In this document: positions 53,301 through 64,000 of the stretch, one piece after another | How the letters are laid out: the number at the start of each line of letters is the position of its first letter | Position numbering within the stretch: position 1 is the first letter of the stretch | DNA from: Lama guanicoe | Taxonomy: Eukaryota | Assembly: GCA_013239625.1 (NCBI GenBank) | Contig: MU053156.1 | Coordinates: 62,467 to 126,466 of the forward strand | Length of the DNA stretch: 64,000 nucleotides | Reading direction: 5' to 3' | Translations under genes and position numbers: made by a program | Notes under the pieces: generated by a model | What the model was told of the DNA's origin: nothing | Databases searched by the model: none | Seen by the model: only the letters and a program-made list of their open reading frames with translations

Positions 53301-53719
53301 AATAATAATAATACCTCAAAGATGAGGATGAAATGACCCTGAAACCACAGCACCTAAGGCAAGCTTGCAACTGTTAGATGGTCTGCACCCCACCCCCAGC
53401 TCCTACCAGCCACGGACGGGTTCAGAGCCCAGAGCCTGCCCTAAGACTGCGCATCTAAGAGGGACCTTGGAGAACATCTATCCTGTTGGCTTTCAAAGGT
53501 ATGGGAGCCCCAAGAAGTGAAAGAGAAAAGAGAAACAAACAGGAAGAAAAAGCCTCTCAGGGTCAGGCGGGTGGGCGGGCACAGCAGGCTGGACGCGGGG
53601 TGGGGTACCTTGACATGTTTCTCGGGGAATCGGTTGTGCTCTACTTAGTAGGTACATTACTGCGAGCAAAGTCAGGAATAAACTATATATAGTTCCCGGA
53701 AAATTCAACTTGCCTGTTT

Positions 53720-54116
53720 TCCACAAAAATCTTTTTATTAATGCTTGAGAACTGAGAACATACAAATTAAATTCAGCAGAATGGCATATCAATTATAGTC
53801 AATTATAGCCACCACCAGGAGCACATTATTAGGGATGTTACTAACATCAAAATGAATTTTGTTTGCATTTTACTTGCACTCAAAACTGTTTAGAAACTCT
53901 GGGTTTCCTGTTGCTCATGTAAGATGGTCTCCTCAAATCTTTGAGCTCCAAAAACCACACGAGACTTCTTTATTAAAAGTTACATTAACACTTAAACCAG
54001 CACAACTAGGAATCTAGTTTGGAGCGTCTGTACATGATTTGTACTACTGCTGGTCCTGCCTTTCAAACAGGTGCTACCAATACCCAGCAAAGTTCCAGAG
54101 AGGGATGGGCGGAGTG
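53720..54116 (-). other. Candidate terminal exon/3' end of the transcript from the 58-kb CpG island
   Basis: Minus-strand acceptor ttatttctcttggctctag|; AATAAA at 53969-53974 followed by GU-rich gtgtggttttt; second AATAAA at 53734-53739. Confidence 0.45.
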
Positions 54117-57089
54117 CTAGAGCCAAGAGAAATAAGGACAAGTTCATGGAGGAGATGAATCTCAGAATTCAGGACCTGCCTAGGGCCCAGTCTTTCTTGG
54201 GGACTGGCTGCTGGGAAACACTACTGGCATCTTAACAGGACGCTCCTCTGGTGCAGGGACTGACTGCTGCATGCACACTGCACGCGGGTCGTTTGGCACA
54301 TCCACCTCCACCACAGACACCCCGAAGGCCAGTAACACCTCCAATCAATGTAACAACAAAAAGCGAAACAAAACCCACATACATTTCAAAATGGCCCTGG
54401 AGATGGGGAAGAAAAATCACACCCACTGAGTACCCTTAAATAAGCAGAAAGAAGAGAGAACAAGCACAGTGGGGAGGAAGTCAAAGACAGATGAGGGAAA
54501 CACAAAATTTAAAGAGGAACCAGCAGAAAAAAAGGCATCCTTCAATGACCTTCACCTACCAGGTCAAGTCCCAGCTCCTTAGAAAACAAAGTCCTTCAGG
54601 ACTCGGCCCCACCCATCCCAGCTGCCTCCCCTCCAGTCTTCTCCCCAAGGTGCCTCCCACACCCTCTCTTCCCAGACAACTCCTGCTTTTCCTGACCACA
54701 TGTGCGGCACTCAGACCTCTGTGCCCTGGCATGTGAACTCTTGTCTACCTGGAATGCACGTCTCAAGGCAAACTCCCAGTCATACATCCACACCCAACGC
54801 CAAGGTTTGTGAAGCCAGACACACCAGCCCGGCCTTCTGCCCCCACAGCACTCCCCATGGGCATTCCATACTTCCGCCCAACTGCACCCCACTGTCTGGA
54901 CCAGCAGCTACTGAAGGGCAGGCGCCCCTTGAGTCCTCGCAGAGAACTGCTGTTCAATGAATTCTAAGTGAATGACCTTGCATGAAACGTTCCGTAAAAG
55001 GCTAAAAAAGCAAATCACAAAGAAAGCAGACAATAGATATTTTCTATTATTGAAAGCATGTATTTTCTAAACTCTGACCTTTGGTTTAGTATCACTTAGG
55101 AACCAGAAAGAGATGCTCTACCACTTCCTAGTTGGGTATCTGTGGGTAAATGAATTAACCTCGCTGTGTCTCAAATTTCCATTTTACTGGAAGGAACCAC
55201 CCCTTGCAGGGTGGATAAGAGGACTAATTAATATCTGCCTAAAAGAAAAAGTAGCAGAAAGTGTTGACTAAACGGCAGTTCTCACTAGCCTGCCGCAATT
55301 ACAGAGACCTTAACAGGACAGGACACTACCATCAGGAACGTGAGCACAACGAAATTTTGGTTAAAACTATGTTTTTTGGAGAGCTGGAAGTCAACAAATC
55401 CAACAGCTTGTCCTCCAGCTGTGCTGTGCTCTCTACAATCCTCAGTACCGATTCCTAGTTAGCACTATGTCCCCAGGCTCCTCTGACAATGTGGACTCTC
55501 AGGTCTCTGGTCTCTGACGACACCTCTTCCTCCTCCTCTGTAGCTAGCCCACTCTGGACACCTCAAGTCAGGCATTCCTTCAGCTCAGCTCACACATTTC
55601 TTTCTCATCTTGTCCCTTCTCAAGGCTTCAATTAAGATCTCTACGGAGATGACCTGACTTCTCAGTCACATTCAGAAAATGTTTCAAGCTGAATTTATCC
55701 AACATATCTACCTTAATTATATCATGAACCATACAACTTCAGCTTCTCTCTTTCATATCATTTTTTTTTCCTTTTCTCCTGAGTCTTATACAACTCACCA
55801 ATCCTCAGCTTCCTCTTCTTTGCCCACCCCTTAAAACTACTTCCTTGTCAAGTTTTCTTCTTTGCTCTTTCTCTTCTGTCTCACTGGTTCTTAAACTCTC
55901 TGGGACAATGAATGCTTTGAAAATGTACTGCATACTATGGATTATTTACTAAAACGATAAACACAAAGAATATATGCATGCAATTTCACCTAACCAATGA
56001 TCTCAAATAAGAACCTGTGTTCATTCACATCAGACTACCACTTGAACTAATTTTCATCTCCAGATGCTAAATCCCTTTATTTTCAGGACGCCTTCCAGAG
56101 ATAGTCTAAAGGGCCTCATAAACCAGCATCATGAACTTAACGAGTCCAAACCAGAACTCAGTATTTCTCCTTAACAAACCTCTTCTGCCTACACTATTCC
56201 TTCCACCATCCCCCCAGGCTGCAAGCCTTGGAATTAACAACCTTCCCCATATCACATCACCACGTCCTGTCTCAGAATCTCTCCTAAATCCCAATCCCAC
56301 CTCTTCAGCCTCTTACCCTGTAAGACCTCATCATCCTTTGCTTCATCCCATACCTGCCATGATGAAAAGTCCACCACTCGTCTGACAAGAGCCCCTTACT
56401 GACTCTACCATCTTCATCTCTCACGCCACTACGTAACTCCACCTCTAGAAGGTCACACAATCTGATTCTTCACCTCAGTTTTCTCCTCTTATTTCCACCA
56501 TTTTATCTAGATTCTCCAAATACCTGAAAAACTTATCGGGCGCCTGCCCCTTTTCAATTACTCTGATGGTTCTGCATTGCAGAAATATAAAATTGAACTC
56601 TCTTCTGCCTACAGAGTCCTCCACATTTCCCACCTACTCCCTTTTCCAGGATTGGATTCCACAGCTTCAATTGTGACTTGTACCTAATGGCTTTCTATCA
56701 AAACCACACCCACTGGGAAAGGCTCACTTCAAACTCTACTCTTTATATCCTATACGTAATGATTAGGAAAAGACATTGTATAAAAAAGGCCAAACTCATA
56801 AAGAACAGATTCAGAAAATAAATCACACACTCTTCATTAAAACATTTACGTCTTTCGAGAACATTAAGCTTTAAAAAGGAACGGCTCCACAAGTACCCAT
56901 CAGCACAAAATAGCCGGTTCTAATAAAAAACAACGCTGTCTCACCCCATTCGACGAACGCTTCTGAGGGATCTGGAGCCAGACAAGGGAGCCTGCATGCG
57001 CTCCTGCAAGAACTCCTTCGGGGCCACTGAGCACTAAAGCAGCAACTGGAAGAGTCCAGTCACTGTGCTAAAACGTCTGGATGCCTTTA

Positions 57090-58120
57090 TGCTAGTACCG
57101 GAGCTCACGCGCGGTAAAAGGGGAAAAAAGTCCAATTAGGCCCAACTCCAAATGACCCCTGAAGAAATCAAGACAGGAATGCCGACTTATCCTTCCTGAA
57201 ACGCGAACNNNNNNNNNNNNNNNNNNNNNNNNNNNNNNNNNNNNNNNNNNNNNNNNNNNNNNNNNNNNNNNNNNNNNNNNNNNNNNNNNNNNNNNNNNNN
57301 NNNNNNNNNNNNNNNNNNNNNNNNNNNNNNNNNNNNNNNNNNNNNNNNNNNNNNNNNNNNNNNNNNNNNNNNNNNNNNNNNNNNNNNNNNNNNNNNNNNN
57401 NNNNNNNNNNNNNNNNNNNNNNNNNNNNNNNNNNNNNNNNNNNNNNNNNNNNNNNNNNNNNNNNNNNNNNNNNNNNNNNNNNNNNNNNNNNNNNNNNNNN
57501 NNNNNNNNNNNNNNNNNNNNNNNNNNNNNNNNNNNNNNNNNNNNNNNNNNNNNNNNNNNNNNNNNNNNNNNNNNNNNNNNNNNNNNNNNNNNNNNNNNNN
57601 NNNNNNNNNNNNNNNNNNNNNNNNNNNNNNNNNNNNNNNNNNNNNNNNNNNNNNNNNNNNNNNNNNNNNNNNNNNNNNNNNNNNNNNNNNNNNNNNNNNN
57701 NNNNNNNNNNNNNNNNNNNNNNNNNNNNNNNNNNNNNNNNNNNNNNNNNNNNNNNNNNNNNNNNNNNNNNNNNNNNNNNNNNNNNNNNNNNNNNNNNNNN
57801 NNNNNNNNNNNNNNNNCGCCCGCGAACCATCTCGGGGCCGCACCGCTGCCGCCGCCGCATTCGGCACGAAGCTCCGCGGCAGCCGCTCGGTCAGCGCCGC
57901 GCTTCCCGGAGGGACTTCGCTGCCGCCGCTGCAGCCGCTTCAGCTGCCTGGAGGGAGAAGGGCCGGCGCCGCTCGGGAGAACCGCAGACACGTCTGCCCC
58001 TCGGAAAGGCTGCCGCGTAACTGCCTGGCAATCTGACCTTCGGGAGGGCGGAGAGAGGGCGCCGGGGCGTGGCCTGGAAGCGTGTGCGCGGATTGGCTGT
58101 CGTCTCTGGGGGCGGGTCTG
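57090..58120 (-). promoter_or_regulatory. CpG-island promoter (core lost in the gap), gene unidentified
   Basis: CpG-rich on both gap flanks; Sp/KLF boxes ggggcgtggc (~58064-58073) and ggggcggg (~58109-58116); CCAAT box (attgg 58092-58096); strong-Kozak minus ATG (gagATGg) at 57830-57828. Confidence 0.8.
57209..57816. other. Assembly gap (608 N) inside the CpG island
   Basis: Run of n. Confidence 1.
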
Positions 58121-58391
58121 GTGGCCCCTTGGATTTGTACTCTTTTTGCCTATCAGGATTTTTTTTTTTGAAGGGGGGGTAGTGATTTGTTTTATTTTTA
58201 CAGTGATCAGCTATCAAATTGTTTTACTTTGATATTATAGCCCCAAACTGGAGTACAATTGTCCTAGACAGACAGTGGTCTAAGAACTGAAGATCTTGAG
58301 TCCAACCACCTGAAAAAATGAAGTATAAAACTCTGGCTCCAAATGCTTATTCTGGTACTTGTTGACAATGTCGGTGATTTTCTGTTTCCGG

Positions 58392-61300
58392 CGGACATGT
58401 GTCATCCCTGAAGGACCCATGAGTCCAGCCAGGCACCCATGCCGGGCTCACAGTGGACCCTGCCTATGACAGTGGCCCTCATCATCCTGGGGTCCCTGCT
58501 GGGCCTTGTCTACAGTGTACTGGTGGCTAATATGATGCTTTAGAAGCTGCAGGGCAGGGGTGAGTGTCCTGGGAATTCAAAAGGCTCTGGCTCTGCGGAA
58601 GGTGCTTGCGACCCAGGGAGAAAATAGGATGTGATACATGTCTGCCACTCACAGTGGGGGCGGGGGGGGCATGGAGCTACTTCGGTCCTCCCAGGAGTTC
58701 ATGTGCTCACAGACCTGGCTCCACCACCAGTATCTGGACCACATAACTCTCTGTGGGTGTCCTGGCACTGCGGGATGTTGAGCAAGACCCCTGGTCCCCA
58801 CCCACCAGATGCCAGTGCAGTACCCTCCCACCCATGGTCATGACCCACAATGTCCCTGGGGGCAAACCTGCCTGGGCTGGGAACCCCTAGGCCAGAGGCA
58901 GGCTTGATGGGGTGCTGGGCATGTCTCTAAACCACTACCAGCCTGTAGGATCTGACAAAACAGGTTTTCTTACATATGAATTTGTTTGTGTAAAAAGCCT
59001 TAAAATGTGAAGATGTTAATTAACTCCTTAGTAATTACACAAATAATGAATCATCTTCATCGAAAAGAATATTACATAGAAAAAATGTAAATTTTAGCCA
59101 AGTTGTAAGATGGAGAAGGTTTTGCCAAGCTGGAGCTTGAATGGATATTTCGACTCTCTGTGGCAAGTCTTCCGGTGTTTCACTTACACTCAGTGTTCAC
59201 TAACGGTTTACCGCTCTCCTAAAAACGGTCACTTTTGAGACTCTGAGCAGCAGCACTGGAGCTGGGGGGGGGGGGTTCAGGAAGTCTTGTCTTATTTGGA
59301 ATATTTTCCTTCTTGTGATAGAAATTCTCGCTTACGTTTTCACCTGTTATGTTTGTCTTTGTTCACGTGATGAGTTAGCATTTAAGTATAATTGAAGGAA
59401 CAGTATTTCTTACAGAGGTTGAACCACAGAACAGAGTGGAGCACTGCCTGACCCGTGGCCCGGGGGGCCCGGGGTGGTGGAGGCAATTTGAAGCCCCTGT
59501 TTGCAGCTGGAGATGTGAACTCAGACACAGTCACTCGGGAGCCTCCCTGTCTCAGGTGCTCACGGGGTGGGGACATGTGGCTGTGGTGTCGGGGTCTGTG
59601 TCTCAGCCCTCATTTGGTAGCACTAGCAGAATTACAGCACCCCGGGTTCAACCAGAGGCGGATTCAACTAAGGGTGTGGGGTTAAACCCTGACCCAGCCA
59701 CGTCGGAGCCTCAGGACCTGCAGCTTCCTCACCCTGGAGTGGCTGCAGGGACTTCAGCGCATGGTGCCATCACAGAGAAGTCCGACAGTGTTTGAGTGTG
59801 CAGGTGATCAACAGTCAGGTATCATTACTGTGCCCTTTAACCACAGCTACCAGTGTTGGTGATGCAAGTGTTCCCCATCCTCTGCAATTATCCAACAACC
59901 CCAGAAAGAGGTTCTCTGAGTGTGAGTGTTGGAACTTAGCGCAGACGCTGTAGTGAACACCTGCAGGGTTTTATCGACAAGTAGGCAAATGCTCAGAAAG
60001 GAAGTTGTGGTTTCTTAATTGCTGACCTCACATACTGTTCAACAGTTTAATAAAGATATAACCATCAATACTGGGAACCCTTTTACACTTATGGACAGAA
60101 GGATGGAGTTTAGCCAAATTCCAGTTGCAAATCTTTTGAGCCCTTGAGCAGGAAGTTTTATCTGCTGCCTCTGGGTTTAGGCTGTGCTCCCAAAGGGAAG
60201 CAGTAGGTGCCGGGTTGATTGCTCAAGGCCCTGCCACAGTCCTGACCTGGATTCCATCTCCCTGAGCCCAGCCTCCATCCTGTCCCACCTTGTGTGGGCT
60301 CCCAGCTGCCTTCACAGACTCAAAGGTGGAGAGAGATGACGGCTCCAGGACATGGCTTGGACTCCGCCTCCCAGTTTCTGTCCATTTGGAAGCAGAAGTG
60401 GTGCCCTAAAGGGGCAGGGACAGATATAAGAGGTGCCAGGGACAGTGAGGACACTCTGAGTCCCTGGTGCCCAGGGAAGGGCATCCACAGCTCCAGGGCT
60501 GGCAAGGGCATTGAGCATGAAATGGGATTTGAGGACCCTGTCACCTGCCAACGCCCACTTTAGTCACAAAGTGGCCCTGGCAGGCCAGCCTCCCTCCCCC
60601 ATTGTGTCTGGAGGCTGGTTTCCTTCTCCAGGACCTCCCAGGGAGGGACCTCTCTCAGTGTGCTCCTTTGCAGGGTCCCAGGGACATGGGTAAGTCTCCA
60701 AGGTCATCTATGAGCAGATCCTTGAAGACTGCATGGACTTGAATGGTACAAACCTGAAGCCTGGGGACTCTAACAAGTGAGTGTGGGGCTCCTGCACCCT
60801 GCCCTCACTCTGACATCAGGACAGGGAGGCAGCCCTGGAGCTGAGAGTTCAGGGGCGGAGATGTGATGGCATGGGTCTCAGCCCTCCTGTGGCATTTAGT
60901 GCAGGCCCCTTCGGGCACCAGGTGTGCAGAGGGAGGAGCCTGGAGCTCCTAGGATGGCAGGAGGCCTGTGAGGGGTGGTCAGAGAGGCAATGGGGCCAGA
61001 TTCCAAGGCTCCCAGACCCACTAATATGTGCATCCCTTCCATCACCCTATGGGGTGGGCTGGCTCCACCCTCTCTTGCTGTCCTGGGTTCCCTGAGACCC
61101 CCTTTGCCCCGAGGAGACCCAGGCAGGCCACCCAGCCTCCAAGACCAAGGGGGGGGCTGAAAGAAGGTACCTACAAATCAGTAAATTTTGTCCCCATCCC
61201 TGGGATCCCCACACTCTGCTCTGGTGGTTAAGGGGAGGGGAGCCTGACACCTTGAGCCCACCCCAGGAGTTAAGCACCTGAGCCAGGTCTCCCCGGGACC

Positions 61301-61903
61301 AGTCAGAGGCCCCAGCACAGAGCTGGTCGCATCCACCCAGCACTGCCCACTGGCAGGTTATGTGCTGGGGCGGGGCCAGGAGGACGAGTGGGCAGCACCA
61401 CAGGCTAGGCAGCCCCTGGGTGGGGCCGTCCTTAGCTCTCCTCCCCAGGGACACGGCCTGAACTCCTGCGAGGGTGCATCTTTCTGGCAAAGCAATAGCC
61501 TCACTGGACCAGGGTGTCCTGGGCAGCCCCCTGAGACACCCTGACAGACTGGGGTTGGAGACACCCCTGGGACCTGACAATCAGGTGACCCGTGCTCCTT
61601 CTGGCCTGCAGGTGACCCACCCGACCCGCTGCAGGGAGGCAGCCCCTCAGCGGTGAGAGAGGAGGCCCCCCTCCCGGGCGTCCTCGTGCTCCAGCTACAA
61701 CGACATGGCTGCGGTGGGCACTGGGGTGGCTGCGGTGGGCACTGGGCCGTGAGCCAACCGCTCCTCCATCTGCTCCTGTCCCTTGTGGTGCTTCCAGGGA
61801 GGACCTAGGTTTTCCTGGACAGATTCATCCTCGGAACCTTCGTTAACAAGCCCTCCCCGCCCCCATTGCAATGATGTTAATAAAGGTCGCCCAATTCAAT
61901 AAA
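58392..61903 (+). pseudogene. Orphan 3' fragment of an SRCR group-B receptor (SCART/CD163/WC1 family, possibly SCART2-like): TM exon 58392-58559, cytoplasmic exon 60674-60776, terminal exon from 61612
   Basis: TM exon encodes QWTLPMTVALIILGSLLGLVYSVLVANMML*KLQGR and ends at a phase-1 G|GTGAGT donor. The next exon (ctttgcag|) continues in phase 1 as GSQGHG*VSKVIYEQILED (cf. WC1/SCART EAVYEEL/YEDI motif). The last exon ends SYNDMAAVGTG...P* (cf. YDDV motif), with AATAAA at 61879 and 61898. In-frame stops at 58409, 58541 and 60691; TM acceptor degraded (ttccgg). Confidence 0.62.
58710..58890. mobile_element. MER20-like DNA transposon
   Basis: gtcctggcactgcgggatgttgagca...ccaccagatgccagt...aatgtccctgggggcaaa. 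Confidence 0.75.
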
Positions 61904-62590
61904 GTTAGAACCTCTGTCCAGCCTCGCGCTAGTGGGAACAGGGTCAGTAAACCACCAGAACCCTGGACGATGCCGGTTCCCACCCAGTGGTGCCCAGAGG
62001 TTCCAGAACCCCGGACATGCAGCGGGAGACCCTGCCCTGGGTGCCTACTGCTTTCCCATCAGCCTGGAACTCTGGGAACTCGGCCTCCCCAGCCCTTCCT
62101 GCCACTGGTGCCACGGGGCCCCACTGGGTCCAAGCCCGGTGCCCGCGCCGCGCTCCATTCCGACCCTGCACTAGAGCTTTGCGCTCCCCACACACGTGAC
62201 CCGGGGTGAGGGCTCCGCTGTCCCCACTGCCATCATGTTATTCCGATTTCAGGTGACATTTTTGTTCTTACGAACAAGATATTCTTTGCAGAGAACGTGT
62301 TAAAGAGAGAGGTCTCCAGAAGAAAAAAAACGCTCACTGTGCACAGTTGGTAACAACTGATTCCTTCCTAAAAACGTACTTGGAGACCCTGAAGGGTACG
62401 TCTCCCTGCGGGCCGGGTGCCACGCTGCGGGCCGGGTGCCAGCCTGAGACCACTGACTGGAAGGCAGCGAACTAGCAGAAAGGGGGAGGGTGTGTGAAAC
62501 GGGTGGGGCCCAACCTGGGAAAGGATGGACACTTTTCATGGGGTACACACGAAGGGGTCCAGACCTCCAAGCCATGAGAGTATTTGCAGA

Positions 62591-62618
62591 TACACGCACA
62601 CACACACACACACACACA
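62591..62618. repeat. (CA)n microsatellite; a (TG)n tract also lies at ~62915-62936
   Basis: Direct. Confidence 0.9.
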
Positions 62619-63651
62619 AATCTGCATGCAGACTGCACACGTGGGGCTCTGCCTCCACCTCCTCCCTGGGCCAGGTCCATGTGCCCACCCGCCCCAGGCC
62701 TTGGAGCCACGGTGGTCATGGTCAGCCACCAAGAATTCCCAGCGAGGGCAGCCGGTGGCCGAGGACAGACCCTCAGCTGTATTTTTGCTGGCAATAAAGC
62801 TGACATTTTGGGTTCCATTTGCTTTAGACCTGTTTCTGTATCTCAGTTCCTTTTTCTGTCTGGCAGGGAGGAGAATGCTCTTATTGGAACCCTGCGGCCT
62901 GATGCCTGCTCCTGGTGTGTGTGTGCGTGTGTGTGTCCTTCGTTCCTGAATGCAGCCTCCCCTTTCTACAGAGAACACAGCCCGGCGTGGGTACTTAGCC
63001 TGGGGAGAGCTTCCCCTACAGCTGTCAGAGGTCAGAGCTCACCTAGCAGTGGAGCAGCATTTCCCTTGAATCACACTTACTGTTCCTTCTTCATCTAACC
63101 CATTTTCTCCTCAGCGTCCTGAGACTAATGGCTTTTTACAGGCACAGATTCTTCCAATGAGCCACGGTTTCCTAATTGTTTAGCAGCCCCACTCCTGTGG
63201 CAACCTGGCAGTGCGGGTCCTCAGACATCTCCTTGGGGTCCTCCCCAACTTCTCGAAGAATCCTTACTTCTCAGCACTTACTGATGTCTCCTGGCTTCAT
63301 TTCCACAGCCCTGGGATCTCTGTTGGCATCTCTCCAGAGCCCTAGTTCCTTTAAATGGATGCAGGCATGAGGTTAAGTCGTGCCAAACTGACCTCACTCC
63401 TGGTTTTTACACTCTTTAGCTACTATTAGTCTTTTAATACATCACGTGATTTGGGATTCTCTTGTGCATGAAGCATTTGTGTATGTATGTTCATGCTGGA
63501 AATTATCCTGTCATGTTTTTTCTTCTTCCTTGTCTTTGATTTCAAAATAATGGCCTCATAGAATGAGATGCGGAAGATTTTGCCTCTTTTTCTATGGAAG
63601 AAATTATATATGGTTGGAATGATTTCACCTGTAAAACGTGGGACTATTTAA

Positions 63652-64000
63652 TTATTTTGAAGAAAAATTTTAAAGAACTTACCAAATTTCAGTAATTCAG
63701 TAATTCATTCAACGTTACTATCTTTTTTCGAGTTAGTTTTGTTTATATTTGTCTAGATGTTTATTCATTTGATGTAAGTTTTCAAATTTATCAGCTTAAA
63801 GTTGTCTGTAACATCCTCGTGTTGGATTCATTCTCACGGCTCCTTTTAAATTCTTGATGTTATTGATTTGGATCTTTTTTCTTTATCAGTCTTGCTAGAT
63901 ATTTATTTTGTGTCTCTTCAAACACAAAATTCTGACTTTCATATGTTCTGTTTCATTAAATTCTACTCTTACCTCCTGCAACTTTCATTTTTCTTTGTTT
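63652..64000. repeat. Copy 2 of near-identical direct repeat (matches 1-349; runs off the window end)
   Basis: 347/349 identity to 1-349. Confidence 0.97.

Noticed and set aside
57817..57830. Minus ATG reading MVRG(R), like the N-terminus of ENOSF1
   Set aside because: Only 4-5 codons are visible, and I found no ENOSF1 exon 2 (HTDPDYSAAY...) or later exons downstream.
60674..60689. 16-nt micro-exon (cag|GGTCCCAGGGACATGG|gtaagt), collagen-like
   Set aside because: Better explained as the start of the 103-nt SCART-like cytoplasmic exon, where the nonsense codon TAA creates a GTAAGT; no other collagen exons are present.
1..64000. CRISPR arrays, prokaryotic operons or intact autonomous elements
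   Set aside because: Mammalian DNA with no repeat-spacer structure; all L1 and LTR pieces are truncated or degraded.

Overview
Mammalian genomic DNA, very probably camelid (tRNA-derived vic-1-type SINEs). It is repeat-rich and has two assembly gaps (4043-4783, 57209-57816). I found no intact protein-coding gene. Recognisable gene relics are an OR13A-subfamily olfactory receptor pseudogene (11259-12213, +), a full-length OTUB1 processed pseudogene with poly(A) and target-site duplication (TSD) (22280-23286, +), and an orphan 3' fragment of a probable SCART/CD163/WC1-family gene (TM, cytoplasmic and terminal exons, 58392-61903, +). Two CpG-island promoters (~34.7-35.9 kb and ~57.1-58.1 kb) appear to face the minus strand; I could not identify their genes. 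The main structural observation is that bases 1-349 recur at 63652-64000 (347/349 identical). This suggests a ~63,651-bp tandemly repeated or circularly permuted mosaic unit: a GC-rich SCART->OR13A segment split across the window ends, joined to a ~44-kb mostly AT-rich segment. Scaffold mis-ordering is the main alternative. All family assignments are from memory, not database searches.
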